A stretch of 64,000 nucleotides of DNA, taken from the sequence record NZ_CP118990.1; one strand, written 5' to 3'. The stretch comes from a plasmid. Of the stretch, positions 39,301 to 50,261 are shown piece after piece; within the stretch, counting starts at the first letter, position 1, and every line of letters begins with the position of its first letter. The translations under genes and the position numbers were made by a program. Below the pieces are notes generated by a model, which searched no databases, was not told the origin of the DNA, and was given only the letters and a program-made list of their open reading frames with translations.

Positions 39301-39544
39301 AAGCAGAACATCAAGAGAAAAATGAACTCATGCCATATGTGACAAGATATGAAAAATGCGTTCTAAAACGATAGTTTGAGTTACGCTATTTGTGTTCAAG
39401 AGCCTATGGCGACCACCAGGCGGCGCCGATCATTACCAGTTGCACTAGAGTGGAACAGAGTGATGGTTTACATGGGGTATGCTCAGACACAAGGAATAGT
39501 GCAGAGCAGCATTAGATATAAGGTTCCACTAAAACATAGATCAA

Positions 39545-39802
39545 TTAATTTTGGTTATCACAATTATATGTTGTGATTAATGACTCACCATTTACCACCA
39601 CGGTCACTCCACCCTTGTCGATGATTTTTTTAAGATGGCGTAATGAATCCTGTAACTCAGACAAAAGCTTAACTGCATCCTTTTGCCGAAGAACATATTT
39701 GTCATTGCTTTCTAATTTTCCGTAGTCTAGGGCCAGATCAACCATGCGCTTACTGATTCCACGTTGTGTCATTCGCTGCTTGAAGTGATGCGTACATTCC
39801 AT
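39545..39802 (-). CDS. Small DUF4258-like protein (putative toxin of a TA pair)
   Basis: 85 aa. HHFKQRMTQRGIS resembles the H..RM.ERGI motif of DUF4258. Confidence 0.35.
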   Translation of the reverse strand: MECTHHFKQRMTQRGISKRMVDLALDYGKLESNDKYVLRQKDAVKLLSELQDSLRHLKKIIDKGGVTVVVNGESLITTYNCDNQN

Positions 39803-39858
39803 GTTCTAACCCTCCAGTAATACACTCTCACCATTTTTGACCAACCCTCTAGTTACTG

Positions 39859-40443
39859 TTATTTCGTAACTGGAAGTTGCTCTCGAATTGCCAATGCACT
39901 CTCCCGTTCGGCCACTAAGGCTTCGCGTTTAGCCAACACCGCTTCGCGATCCATCACTACAGCCTCACGTTTTTTCAACGCTTCCATACGGTGATAGTCA
40001 GCACTCATTGCCTCAATCTCCTTAGTTAGTTTCTTGATGTCCCCCTTCTGCCTGTTCAGATACTTTTTAACTTCCCTCCAATCAATGCCTTCCCGAACGC
40101 AAAACGCCTCCTGTTCTCGTTCCTCATCCGCTTCCCTTTCCAGAAGCTTATTCATTAAGTCACGAGCGTACTGCGCTGCGTTGCGGCTGGCCTCGCGTCT
40201 GACCTCTTGAAACTCATTCCAATCCATACCTCGTTCAGCACACCACGCCTTATCAAGAGCTTCTCGCTCTGCCTCCAATTCACGCCATTTAGCTTCACGC
40301 TCGGCCAATTCGGCTGCCTTGCGAGCACGATAGTCGGCGGAGCGCTCTGCGGAGGTTTTGGCGATCCCTGTACTGGGGCGGCCGCGCTTTTTCATCTCTT
40401 CCATTCCATGCTCTCTTTTGTACTGCGTGTCATCTTGATTCAA
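39859..40443 (-). CDS. Charged coiled-coil protein with two DW-motif repeats
   Basis: ERGMDWNEFQEVRREA and REGIDWREVKKYL. Confidence 0.35.
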   Translation of the reverse strand: MNQDDTQYKREHGMEEMKKRGRPSTGIAKTSAERSADYRARKAAELAEREAKWRELEAEREALDKAWCAERGMDWNEFQEVRREASRNAAQYARDLMNKLLEREADEEREQEAFCVREGIDWREVKKYLNRQKGDIKKLTKEIEAMSADYHRMEALKKREAVVMDREAVLAKREALVAERESALAIREQLPVTK

Positions 40444-40892
40444 AGAATAATCGCTCCGTCACTATAATGCAATTGGTGACGACACAAAAAAGTAGATAAT
40501 TTTTAACCGCAAAAGATCCCGTTTGAGGAGTAAACGAGGTGCGCCTAACGCCTTTTATGTTCAATAGCCGATTTCGCATACCAAAACGGCAACTCCAGTC
40601 AAAACCAGCCTCCTGTATCGCGTTTTGGTTCATTGCAACACCCAAGGCAGTGCATTTGCTGCCTGAAAGTTTGCAACGCTTCTGAGGCGGTTTTAGGGCC
40701 GGATCCTGCAGGGTGTTTCTGGATCTGGCCACACTCCCGAACGGGGACGACTAGCGCAGTCTGTCGCGCCCCCTTCGGGAGTCGCCAAGCGCAGCGCGGC
40801 AGGCAGTTAGACCCGCATCCAGCGCAGCAGCAGGGCCAGCGCCGCAATCCATGCCGCCACATCCCACGAAGGCCCGGCTAAGACGCTGTAAA

Positions 40893-40931
40893 GGGGGAGC
40901 CCGCAGAATTCGGAAAAAATCGTACGCTAAG
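40893..40931 (+). repeat. Tn5393-type terminal IR
   Basis: GGGGGAGCCCGCAGAATTCGGAAAAAATCGTACGCTAAG. Inverted partner at 47058-47096. Confidence 0.7.
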
Positions 40932-41547
40932 GTTTTCCGGGCATCCGTAGGGGCCGAAACTTCCCGTCTTCCAGTCTGCGGCTCTGCCGCCAGACGTAAT
41001 CGCCGGTTAGGTTGATGTGCTCCCAGCCCAGCGGCGACAGGAATTGCAGCAGCTCGCCGTCCACCGGCTTGCCGGCCTCGACCAACCCCTGGGTGGCGCG
41101 CTCCAGGTACACCGTGTTCCACAGCACGATAGCCGCCGTCACCAGGTTGAGGCCGCTGGCCCGGTAGCGCTGCTGCTCACGGATCAGCGCACGCTCGAAC
41201 TCGGCGAAGGCCCCCATCACCGACAGCATCAGGTTGGCCATCGGCGAGTCCTCGCCGGTGAATACCAGCCCCTCCTTCAAGAACTCGATGCGTACGCCGC
41301 GCTGGGTCAGCTTCTGTACAAGGCGGCGCAGGTCGTCGAGGTTGCGGGCCAGACGATCCATGCTGTGCACCACCACGGTGTCGCCCTCGCGGACGAAGCT
41401 CAGTAGCGCTTCGAGCTGGGGGCGCTGGGTGTCCTTTCCCGAGGCTTTGTCGGTGAACACCTTGCTCACCTGGGTCTGTTCCAGCTGGCGTTCCGGGTTC
41501 TGGTCGAAGCTGCTGACCCGGACGTAGCCGATGCGGTGCCCCTGCAC
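40927..41547 (-). pseudogene. In-frame fusion remnant: resolvase N-terminal half joined to Tn3-family transposase C-terminal tail
   Basis: [16 protein letters not shown]... (serine recombinase) continues into ...[16 protein letters not shown]...[14 protein letters not shown]..., which aligns with the TnpA C-terminus (compare IVLWNTLYMTAAVERL...SPLIYEHINMLGRY at 13013-16006). Confidence 0.7.
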
Positions 41548-41883
41548 GATGTCTCCTTGGTTGAAGGCGGCTTAAGTGCTCCTTCTGTTCCGTTGTGCCT
41601 CAAACCCCGTTTCTGTCAGGCTGAAATCTATGACCTTCGCGGGCATGTGTCAAAAAATGCGAAAGATGACTCTATTCTGACGAAGCGGCGCGGCCTTGCC
41701 TGACATCCAGTTAGGGTATAGCCTAGATTGACATGCGCGATGCAACCCTTAACTTGCTTGCACCTATCGTTTCCATGCTAAATAGCTGTTCCGAATAGTA
41801 GATCACCGGAGGAAGGGAACTCAGTCCAGTTTGTGCGATCTGATTAGTCGCTAAACAAAACAAGCCACACCCAAAGGACTGAG

Positions 41884-42918
41884 TTGATGCCTATCCTACC
41901 ACCTCTGCCACGACCACAACGGCGCCGCATTCACAAAATCATCCATGCCACCCGTGATAAAGGACATGCTCGTCGCTTGATGGCCATCTTGCTGTTACAT
42001 GAAGGACGCACGATCACCGATGTTCATCACCTTACCGGCGCTGCGCGCTCGACCATCGGTCGTTGGCTTCGGTGGTATCGAGATGAAGGCATAGATGCGC
42101 TAGAAGCCTTACCGGCTGGCCGTGCCCCAGTCTTACCTATCGCCAAGATTGTCACCTTACTGGTGCTGCTCATGCAGTTTTCTCCGCAAGATTTTGGTTA
42201 TCAGCGCAGCCGTTGGTGTACTGAACTATTGGCTATAAAAATCAATCGGTTAACAGGGCTCAATGTGGCAGCCTCCACGCTCCGCCGATGGTTACCTCGT
42301 ATGGGCATTGTCTGGCGCAGGCCCGTGCCGACCTTGCGGATAAAAGACCCAGCCTATCAGGAAAAAATGGCGAATATCGACGCCGCGCTGGCCCGCTGTG
42401 ATGCCGATAATCCGGTGTTTTATGAGGATGAAGTCGATATAGACCTCAATCCCAAATTAGGAGCCGACTGGATGTTCAGAGCGCAGCAAAAGCGGGTTGT
42501 CACACCGGGGCAGAATGCCAAGCATTATCTGGCAGGCGTTCTCCACGCAGGCAACGGAAGGGTACTTTACGTCAGCGGGATCAAGAAAAACTCATCGCTG
42601 TTTATTGCCATGCTGGAAAAGCTGCGCCACCACTACCGACGAGCCAAAACCATCACGTTGATCCTCGATAACTACATCATTCACAAAAGCAAACAGACCG
42701 AGCGATGGTTGAAGAAGAATCCCAAGTTCTGCCTGGTGTTCCAGCCAGTTTACAGCCCTTGGGTTAATCACATAGAACGGCTATGGCACAAGTTACATGA
42801 AACCATCACGCGCAATCATCAATGCAGAGGGATGGCAAACCTGCTGGCCCGAGTGAAACACTTCATGGATACCGTGTCTCCTTTCCCGGGGAATGGCTAT
42901 GGCACAGCGAAGGTGTAG
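41884..42918 (+). CDS. IS630-family transposase
   Basis: 344 aa. IS630/Tc1-like DDE. Element ends not delimited. Confidence 0.85.
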   Translation: MMPILPPLPRPQRRRIHKIIHATRDKGHARRLMAILLLHEGRTITDVHHLTGAARSTIGRWLRWYRDEGIDALEALPAGRAPVLPIAKIVTLLVLLMQFSPQDFGYQRSRWCTELLAIKINRLTGLNVAASTLRRWLPRMGIVWRRPVPTLRIKDPAYQEKMANIDAALARCDADNPVFYEDEVDIDLNPKLGADWMFRAQQKRVVTPGQNAKHYLAGVLHAGNGRVLYVSGIKKNSSLFIAMLEKLRHHYRRAKTITLILDNYIIHKSKQTERWLKKNPKFCLVFQPVYSPWVNHIERLWHKLHETITRNHQCRGMANLLARVKHFMDTVSPFPGNGYGTAKV

Positions 42919-43016
42919 CACTATTGGGATCAGTTATTTAGCTTTATCGTAACGCTCAAGAAATTGGGCTTAATGCCGAAAACAATAAAATAAAACAGCC
43001 AACCCTTGAGGTTCTT

Positions 43017-43236
43017 ATGCGCCAGAATTTACCAGTGACGGGTCGAAACTTAGAACTCCCAAAAGATGCCAATATTCTTGCGACTACCTCCCCTCAAAGC
43101 CATATCACGTACGTTAATCCTGACTTCATTAAAATCAGTGGTTTCACTGAGGAAGAACTATTAGGCCAGCCTCACAACATCGTAAGACACCCAGATATGC
43201 CGCCTGCTGCATTTGAGCATATGTGGAGTCGCGAAT
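43017..43236 (+). pseudogene. Aer-like PAS methyl-accepting chemotaxis protein gene, 5' fragment (interrupted by IS30-family element)
   Basis: PAS NPDFIKISGFTEEELLGQPHNIVRHPDMPPAAFEHMW. Reading frame then runs into the IS. Confidence 0.6.
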
Positions 43237-44317
43237 TCAACTCCGAAGTGCAACACCCGCCAAATCAAGCAACCTGTCGTAGTTCATCAAACACGATCTG
43301 CGGTTGCCTGAAATCCAAACATTTGCGCGGTCTAAGGTTGAGTCGCCGCTCGAAGGCCGACAACTCATCCGGGCTGAGCTGGCTCAGGTCGCTGCCCTTG
43401 GGCACATACTGCCGCAACAAGCCATTGCTGTTCTCGTTCAGACCTCGCTCCCACGCGCTGTATGGATGCGCGAAGTAAAACTGGGCATTTAGCACCTTGG
43501 CTACTCGCTCATGTTCCACAAATTCACTGCCATTGTCCGCGGTGATTGTATGAACATGTGCCTTGTAGGGCTCTAGCATGCAGATGATGGCATCGGCCAC
43601 TGCAGCTGCCGTCTTGGCAGGCACATACTGCACTAGGTAGAGTCGGCTCTTACGCTCGGCCAGTGTCACGATGGCACCACTACCTTGTTTGCCCGAAACG
43701 GTATCCACCTCCCAGTCACCCAATCGGCTACGAGAGTCGACTATCGCTGGGCGCTCATCGATCGATACCGGGTTGGGGATCACGCAGCGCTTGGCATTCT
43801 GTCCCTTACGGTAACGTTTGTGGCCTTGCCGCAAGTGACGGAACAGCTTGCCACCGTTGGCCTTATCCTGCGCCACATAGCGGTAGATCCACTCATGACT
43901 GACAGGGCAACCAATGCGCCTGCAGACCGAGCTTATCTGCTCCGGACTCCAGTCTGCGGCCAACGCCATGGTCACGAAAATAAGGGTATCTTCCGGGACA
44001 CGATATTTGCTGCTGGAACATCGTCGCAGGGTGGCCGATTGATGAGCCTCTGCTGGTTGATAACCTTGCGCACACCGGTTGCGACGGAGTTCGCGACTAA
44101 TGGTGGATGGATGCACACCCACCTTGCGGGCAATCATTGCTTGGCTCAAGCCATGGTCATGAAGGCAGGCGATCTGGTATCGTTGTCCTTCGGTCAACTG
44201 ATGGTATCTCATGGTGTTCCGCTTTGTTTCTTTGGCGAGAAGAAGCGTACCAGAACCGGCAGTTGGCCTCTTCTCTCCTATGCACCATGGGTGTTGCAGT
44301 TATTATCTGAATTCGCG
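43237..44317 (-). mobile_element. IS30-family insertion sequence
   Basis: Boundaries inferred from where the MCP frame breaks (43236) and resumes (about 44318). Length about 1.08 kb. Confidence 0.6.
43265..44212 (-). CDS. IS30-family transposase
   Basis: 315 aa. N-terminal HTH. DDE region DWEVDTV...DNGSEF. Confidence 0.85.
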   Translation of the reverse strand: MRYHQLTEGQRYQIACLHDHGLSQAMIARKVGVHPSTISRELRRNRCAQGYQPAEAHQSATLRRCSSSKYRVPEDTLIFVTMALAADWSPEQISSVCRRIGCPVSHEWIYRYVAQDKANGGKLFRHLRQGHKRYRKGQNAKRCVIPNPVSIDERPAIVDSRSRLGDWEVDTVSGKQGSGAIVTLAERKSRLYLVQYVPAKTAAAVADAIICMLEPYKAHVHTITADNGSEFVEHERVAKVLNAQFYFAHPYSAWERGLNENSNGLLRQYVPKGSDLSQLSPDELSAFERRLNLRPRKCLDFRQPQIVFDELRQVA

Positions 44318-45381
44318 GTACATTAAAATCTGGCCGCTCATGGATGGGGCTAGTAAAAAATCGCTGTAAAAATGGCGACCACTATTGGGTAAGTGCTTAT
44401 GTAACGCCAATAGCTAAGAATGGTTCGATTGTTGAATACCAGTCTGTAAGGACCAAGCCTGAACCTGAGCAGGTTTTGGCTGCGGAAAAATTATATGCTC
44501 AATTGAGAAGCGGGAAGGCCGCGAGGCCGAAATTGGCTGCTAGCTTTTCCGTGAAAATACTCTTGCTCATATGGGGTAGTATTATATCAAGCGCAATGGC
44601 TGCCGGCATGCTTACTGATACATCAATAAGCAGCTTATTGTTAGCCACTTTAATGTCAGGAAGCTTAAGCTCTGTTAGTGTTTTGGCTATTCTCTCTCCT
44701 CTTGGAAGACTGGTTGAAAGAGCCAGGAATATTTCCAATAACCCATTAAGTCAATCCCTCTACACTGGGCGCACCGATGAGTTTGGCCAAATAGAGTTTG
44801 CTTTACGAATGATGCAAGCTGAAACAGGCGCCATAGTAGGTCGCATAGGTGATGCATCAAATCGGCTTAGCGAACACACCCGAGGCCTACTAAAGGATAT
44901 TGAGTCAAGCAATGTACTTACAGTTGAGCAGCAGGCAGAGACAGATCAAATAGCAACGGCAGTAAACCAAATGGTGGCAAGCATTCAAGAGGTTGCGAGC
45001 AATGCACAGCATGCTGCAGATGCGGCCGGAAGAGCAGACACTGAGACGGCATCTGGCCAGCGTCTGGTAGCCCACACAAGCCAGTCAATCACTGCCCTTG
45101 AAGGTGAAATTAGGCAAGCCGCTCAGGTTATTCATGAGCTTGAAGGTCAAAGTAACGAGATATCAAAAGTTCTTGACGTTATACGAGGGATCGCCGAGCA
45201 AACGAATTTGTTGGCACTCAACGCAGCAATTGAGGCCGCGCGTGCTGGTGAGCAGGGGCGTGGTTTTGCTGTTGTCGCCGATGAGGTTCGCAGTCTTGCT
45301 GCTCGCACACAGCAATCGACAACGGATATTCAAAGCATGATCAGCGCTCTACAAGAGCGAGCGCAATCCGCTGTTACAGTC
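44318..45381 (+). pseudogene. Aer-like MCP gene, middle fragment (PAS end, TM, HAMP, signalling domain)
   Basis: [23 protein letters not shown] matches the Aer PAS region. MCP signalling motif [31 protein letters not shown]. Interrupted at about 45381. Confidence 0.65.
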
Positions 45382-46591
45382 AGGGCGGGATCGCACTTTG
45401 TTAATGAAATTTGAACAGGCAGATCGTCTGTGATCTAATCGCGTCTCCATGCAGGAGGCACGCGCTATGACGTTGATTGAACACCTTACCCTTGTCGAAG
45501 AAACTCGCTCTGAGATCAATCGTAAACATAACCTGGTTGATGTCATGTTCCTTGTCATCAGTGCCATCATGAGTGGTGCCGAGGGCTGGAATGACATCGA
45601 AACCTATGGCGATTCAAAGATCGATTGGCTGCGTCAGCATCGCCCCTTTGCCAACGGCATCCCGCGGCGTCACACGGTTGCCCGCATTCTGCGCTGCATT
45701 GTCATCGATACCTTGCTTGAAGCGTTGCTGTGCTGGGTCAATGAACAGCGCACTCATCAGGGCAAACCCATCATTGCCTTTGATGGCAAGGTGTTACGCG
45801 GCTCCTTTCGGGGAAATGCCAAGGATGCGCTTCAGTTGGTCACGGCTTACGATACCGAAAATGGGCTGGTGTTAAGCCAGAAAGCAACCCCTAACAAGAA
45901 GGGGGAAATCGAAACCGTCAAAGATATGCTGGACATTCTTGAGCTAAAAGGAGCCGTTGTCACACTCGATGCGTTGCATTGTCAGCGTGAGACACTGGAG
46001 AAAATCAGCGAGAAGAAGGCTCATGTAGTGGTACAGGTCAAGAATAATCAACCGAAGCTGTATCAAGCGGTTCAATCGCAATTCCAGTCACTGTTTGACG
46101 CCCAGAAAGAGAAGATTGTCGTCGAGCACAAAGAGAGTGGACATGGCCGCCAGGAAGAGCGTTATGTGTTTCAATTAAAAGCCAAATTACCGCCAGAGTT
46201 GACGGAGAAATGGCCGACAATCCGCAGCATCATTGCCGTTGAGCGTCACCGCAGCGCCAACGGAAAAGGAACGGTAGATACCTCTTACTATGTCAGCTCG
46301 TTATCCCCCAAGCACAAGCTGCTAGGGCACTATATACGGCAGCACTGGCGGATAGAGAACAGCCAGCATTACATTCTTGATGTGGTGTTCAACGAGGATG
46401 CTTCCAGGATAGCGATGGAGGATGCGGTCGAGAATATGGCGCTATTCCGGCGGTTCGTATTGAATATCGTAAAACAGAGCAATTGTGGTGCTCGAAGTCA
46501 GAGAAACAAGCTAAAAAGAGCCGGCTGGAATGACGACTATCGGGCTCAGTTATTCTTTGGTTAAAATATCAACAAAGTGTGCTCCCGCCCT
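45382..46591 (+). mobile_element. ISAs1-family insertion sequence
   Basis: IRs AGGGCGGGATCGCAC...GTGCTCCCGCCCT. Flanked by direct duplication gctgttacagtc (45370-45381 and 46592-46603). Confidence 0.65.
45467..46564 (+). CDS. ISAs1-family (H-repeat-associated) transposase
   Basis: MTLIEHLTLVEETRSEINRKH... about 365 aa. Confidence 0.85.
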   Translation: MTLIEHLTLVEETRSEINRKHNLVDVMFLVISAIMSGAEGWNDIETYGDSKIDWLRQHRPFANGIPRRHTVARILRCIVIDTLLEALLCWVNEQRTHQGKPIIAFDGKVLRGSFRGNAKDALQLVTAYDTENGLVLSQKATPNKKGEIETVKDMLDILELKGAVVTLDALHCQRETLEKISEKKAHVVVQVKNNQPKLYQAVQSQFQSLFDAQKEKIVVEHKESGHGRQEERYVFQLKAKLPPELTEKWPTIRSIIAVERHRSANGKGTVDTSYYVSSLSPKHKLLGHYIRQHWRIENSQHYILDVVFNEDASRIAMEDAVENMALFRRFVLNIVKQSNCGARSQRNKLKRAGWNDDYRAQLFFG

Positions 46592-46906
46592 GCTGTTACA
46601 GTCATGGAGCAAAGTAGTCGGCAAGCGCACACGAGTGTAGCTCACGCAGAGGAAGCAGCTACAGCTCTTGATGGAATTGGCCAACGCGTTAACGAAATTA
46701 CCGACATGAACGCGCAAATAGCGACTGCGGTCGAGCAGCAGGGAGCAGTAAGTGAAGACATAAACCGCAGTATTATCAATATACGCGATGCTGCTGATAC
46801 CAATGTACAGACCGGGCAGAATAATTTGCAAAGTGCGAAATCTGTCGCTCAGTTAACTAGCGCTCTGAGCGAACTGGCAAAACAGTTTTGGGAAAAACGA
46901 GGATAA
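46592..46906 (+). pseudogene. Aer-like MCP gene, 3' fragment
   Basis: Continues ...AVTVMEQSSRQAHTSVAHAEEA... to the MCP C-terminus. Confidence 0.65.
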
Positions 46907-47057
46907 CGCTTTTCAGTATCTCGACAGGGATAACTTACTTTACCATCGGTTATCCCTTTTAGCCGCACAAATTTTAGCCATGGCTTTTCAGGAAGTCAGG
47001 GCTATCAGAATGGCCTTAGAAAGCCTAGTCAAAGAGCTGTCACGAGAACACCGTTAG

Positions 47058-47096
47058 CTTAGCGTACGATTTTTTCCGAATTCTGCGGTTCCCCCC
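47058..47096 (-). repeat. Tn5393-type terminal IR (inverted partner of 40893-40931)
   Basis: cttagcgtacgattttttccgaattctgcggttcccccc. Confidence 0.7.
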
Positions 47097-47443
47097 ACTA
47101 GAATGACCTAGGCCCTTAGGGCCTTACGGCGGCAACTCGGTTAGCAGACTCATCAGCTGCTCACTCGGGTCATGCGCTGATTCACGGCTTCACGGCCACC
47201 AGCTCCACCAGCAAATGCCTCAACTTCGCAGCCATGCCCTCCCATTGCTGAGCTGTATGACCGCCGCTCTGGGCAGTGCCAGCCGGTGAGCATATGAGAG
47301 GTACCACCACGGCTGATAGCTGGAAAATCTCAAACAACGCAAAATTATGATAATTACGATAATTCACAATAACAGTAATTTACCGTAATTATGGTTGTGC
47401 TATCATTCAGGAAAAATCGACGTCCTTATTTTGGAGAAATACC

Positions 47444-48460
47444 ATGGCAAGAAAGCTGGTGGAATACGCCGATGTCGCGAAGGCAGCGCAAGCGCTGAAA
47501 GATGCAGGCAAGAAACCCACTATCGTAGGTGTCCGTGAGTTCCTCGATTCAAAAGGCAGCTACACCACCATATCCACCTACCTCAAACGCTGGGCAGAGG
47601 AAAACACCCTGGAGCAATCCCCTCCCGAGGTTGAGCTGCCCCAGGCCATCATCGATGACGGCAACGTCTTCCTGAAAAGGCTCTACCTGGCTGCTCAGAC
47701 CGCGGCCACCGAGCGCCTCCAGCACGAAAGAGAGCTCATGAACAGGAAAGAGCTGGAGTTGAAGGATGAGCTTGAGCAAGCCATTGAGATGGCAAATAAC
47801 GACGCCGAACGAGCAGACCTGCTCGAAGAACAGCTTGAGAACCTCAACCGCCAGTATGCCGAGACTAACGCTACTCTCACCCAGTCCGATAAAGCTCTGT
47901 CTCTCAAGACAGCTGAGTTGGAACACGCTCTGGCTGACTGCGCAAAACTCCAAGGTCGAGTGGCAGAACTGGAGACCAAGCTGGGTGAAAAATCAGAGTC
48001 CCTCATCCGTTACCAGAACCAGCTGGAACAGGCCGAGAGTGAAAAGCGCTCCTTGAGCCAAAAATTGGCAGATACAGAGGGTGAGTTGGATTCCCAGAAA
48101 GGCAAAAATATTGAGCAGGCCGAGAAGCTTCGGGCAGCTCACGAACAAAATGCAAGCCTCAAGGAGCAGTTAGCAACATCTCATTCCCAGCTTGCTGATC
48201 TCCAGCGCGAACTTGCCGCCGCCAAAGCCCAAGGGAACGCCTCTGAAAGTGAGCGGAGCAAGTTGGAGGTGAAACTCTCAGATGCTCAGAAGGAAATCCG
48301 TACCCTGGATCAAAAATCTGGCGTCATGACAGGCCAGTTGAAGGAACGTGACAACCATTCCAAGCAGCTTGAAGCAACAATTTCCAGGCTTGAAGAGAAG
48401 CTTGCTGAGGCAAACAAGCCCCTTCACCGTGAGGAGGGCGAGCAAAAAAAGGGTGATTGA
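47444..48460 (+). CDS. kfrA: KfrA-like plasmid DNA-binding protein with long coiled coil
   Basis: KfrA_N-like N-terminus (MARKLVEYADVAKAAQALKDAGKKPTIVGVREFL). Extensive heptad-rich E/Q/K/L-rich tail. Confidence 0.7.
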   Translation: MARKLVEYADVAKAAQALKDAGKKPTIVGVREFLDSKGSYTTISTYLKRWAEENTLEQSPPEVELPQAIIDDGNVFLKRLYLAAQTAATERLQHERELMNRKELELKDELEQAIEMANNDAERADLLEEQLENLNRQYAETNATLTQSDKALSLKTAELEHALADCAKLQGRVAELETKLGEKSESLIRYQNQLEQAESEKRSLSQKLADTEGELDSQKGKNIEQAEKLRAAHEQNASLKEQLATSHSQLADLQRELAAAKAQGNASESERSKLEVKLSDAQKEIRTLDQKSGVMTGQLKERDNHSKQLEATISRLEEKLAEANKPLHREEGEQKKGD

Positions 48461-48753
48461 TGAAGCGAAAGCCAAAATATTCGGAATCATGGCGGGAAAG
48501 AGCCGCCAACCTCCAAATCAAGATCGAAGCGGCCATCTTGCTGGCTGCCGCTTATCCGGGCGATGAGTCCTGGCTTTATCGGACGCATAACTGGGTGTGT
48601 GAGGTTGCTGAGGGCCATGCTCCGGAGTGGTGGAGTGATCTGGACTGCGAGGCTGTACTACCCCGAGAGGAAAAACGGGTTCATCTCTTTACGGAGACAC
48701 AAATGATGCGTGGCCGCAGCCACAAACTCGTGGCATTGAGCGTAACGCCATGA
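48457..48753 (+). CDS. Hypothetical protein (98 aa)
   Basis: ORF; ATGA overlaps with both neighbours. Confidence 0.35.
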   Translation: MMKRKPKYSESWRERAANLQIKIEAAILLAAAYPGDESWLYRTHNWVCEVAEGHAPEWWSDLDCEAVLPREEKRVHLFTETQMMRGRSHKLVALSVTP

Positions 48754-50255
48754 AGCCGTTGCCTCCAGATACACCTGAACAAGCCTTGATCACCCAATAC
48801 AAGGGCAGCCTCCTTGTCGTCAGAGCTTATGCCGGAACAGGAAAAACAACGACTCTCGTCAAATATGCTCACAATAACCTGAATTCCCGCATCCTCTACA
48901 TCGCCTACAACCGAGGGATCCGTGATGAGGCACGGGAAAAGTTTCCAGCCAACGTGGATTGTAAAACGTCCCACCAGTTAGCCTACGCCACCATTGGCCG
49001 CAGCTATCAGCACAAGCTCACCGGTAACCTACGGCTGACAGACATCGCTCAGGCAGTGGACACCAAGAACTGGACGATCGCAAAAGACATTTTAGATACC
49101 CTGAACGCATTCATGTCCAGCGCTGACTTCCGCATCCTCTACACCCACTTCGCTAGGGCCGATACCGGCAAGGTTCTTACGACGAAGCAGACCCAATATA
49201 TTTCCCAGGTTGTCGAGGGGGCCGAGTTCGTCTGGAGCAAAATGACCACCCCAGAAGATCCATTCCCTACTGTGCATGACTGCTACCTCAAGCAATACCA
49301 GCTGGGAATGCCAAATTTGTCTCGCCGGTACACTACCATCCTGTTTGACGAGGCTCAGGATTCTAATCCTGTGACCAGCAGCATCGTGCTTCAACAACAC
49401 TGTAAAGTCATTTTAGTGGGTGACCGCCACCAGCAGATCTATCGGTTTAGAGGAGCCAATAACGCCTTGGACAGCAAAGATCTTGCCGGGGCAGACCAGC
49501 TCTACCTGACACATAGTTGGCGCTTTGGCCGCAACGTAGCCATCGTCGCAAATGCTCTACTGGAGTTAAAAGGGGAGACACTACCGGTTGTCGGTAGAGG
49601 AGCGAGTGATCAAGTCGTTATGTTCCTCCCACAGGACGTCGGTCACCGGACCGTTATCCATCGCACTGTGATGGGAGTGATAGAGACGGCCCTTGCCGCC
49701 ACGGCCAAGGGAAAGAAGGTCTACTGGGTTGGAGGGATCGACGCATACCAGATCAACGAGCTCCAGGACATTTATTGGTACGCCATGGCAGCTCCAGACA
49801 GGGTTAGGAACAAAAAACTCTTGGACGATTTCCAAGATTACGGCGAATACCAGGAGGTGGCTAAAGCCACCAAAGACCCTGAGATGTCACGGGCCATCAA
49901 AATCATCGGCTCCTACGACAGTCTTCCCGATCTTCTTACCCTCCTCCGCCTTAACACGGTGAAGGAGGAGTTCGGTGCTGATATTACCGTTTCAACTGCT
50001 CACCGATGCAAAGGGCTGGAGTGGGACAATGTGCAACTGTACGACGACTTCCCTGATGTGTTGGACCCTGAGCTCGACATTACAACTCGGGATGATGAGA
50101 TCAACCTACTCTACGTCGCCTCAACCCGTGCAATGCGGGTACTGGCTCTGAACAGTGCTGTTGAAATGGTCATTCGCTACATCACACATAAACGGCTGGT
50201 TGAAAAGCAAATGAAGCTTGCCGCAGAAGCCACCGAGGACGGCGCAACTCAGTAG
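48750..50255 (+). CDS. UvrD/Rep/PcrA-family (SF1) DNA helicase-like protein
   Basis: 501 aa. Walker A AYAGTGKTT. DExx ILFDEAQD. SF1 helicase motifs further C-terminal (HSWRFG, VSTAHRCKGLEWDNVQL, YVASTRA). Confidence 0.75.
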   Translation: MKPLPPDTPEQALITQYKGSLLVVRAYAGTGKTTTLVKYAHNNLNSRILYIAYNRGIRDEAREKFPANVDCKTSHQLAYATIGRSYQHKLTGNLRLTDIAQAVDTKNWTIAKDILDTLNAFMSSADFRILYTHFARADTGKVLTTKQTQYISQVVEGAEFVWSKMTTPEDPFPTVHDCYLKQYQLGMPNLSRRYTTILFDEAQDSNPVTSSIVLQQHCKVILVGDRHQQIYRFRGANNALDSKDLAGADQLYLTHSWRFGRNVAIVANALLELKGETLPVVGRGASDQVVMFLPQDVGHRTVIHRTVMGVIETALAATAKGKKVYWVGGIDAYQINELQDIYWYAMAAPDRVRNKKLLDDFQDYGEYQEVAKATKDPEMSRAIKIIGSYDSLPDLLTLLRLNTVKEEFGADITVSTAHRCKGLEWDNVQLYDDFPDVLDPELDITTRDDEINLLYVASTRAMRVLALNSAVEMVIRYITHKRLVEKQMKLAAEATEDGATQ

Positions 50256-50261
50256 CCAGAA

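Noticed and set aside
40430-41122. ORFs 40430-40732 and 40751-41122 on the minus strand
   Set aside because: Low-complexity, overlap the Tn5393-type IR and the fusion pseudogene. No start context. Judged non-coding.
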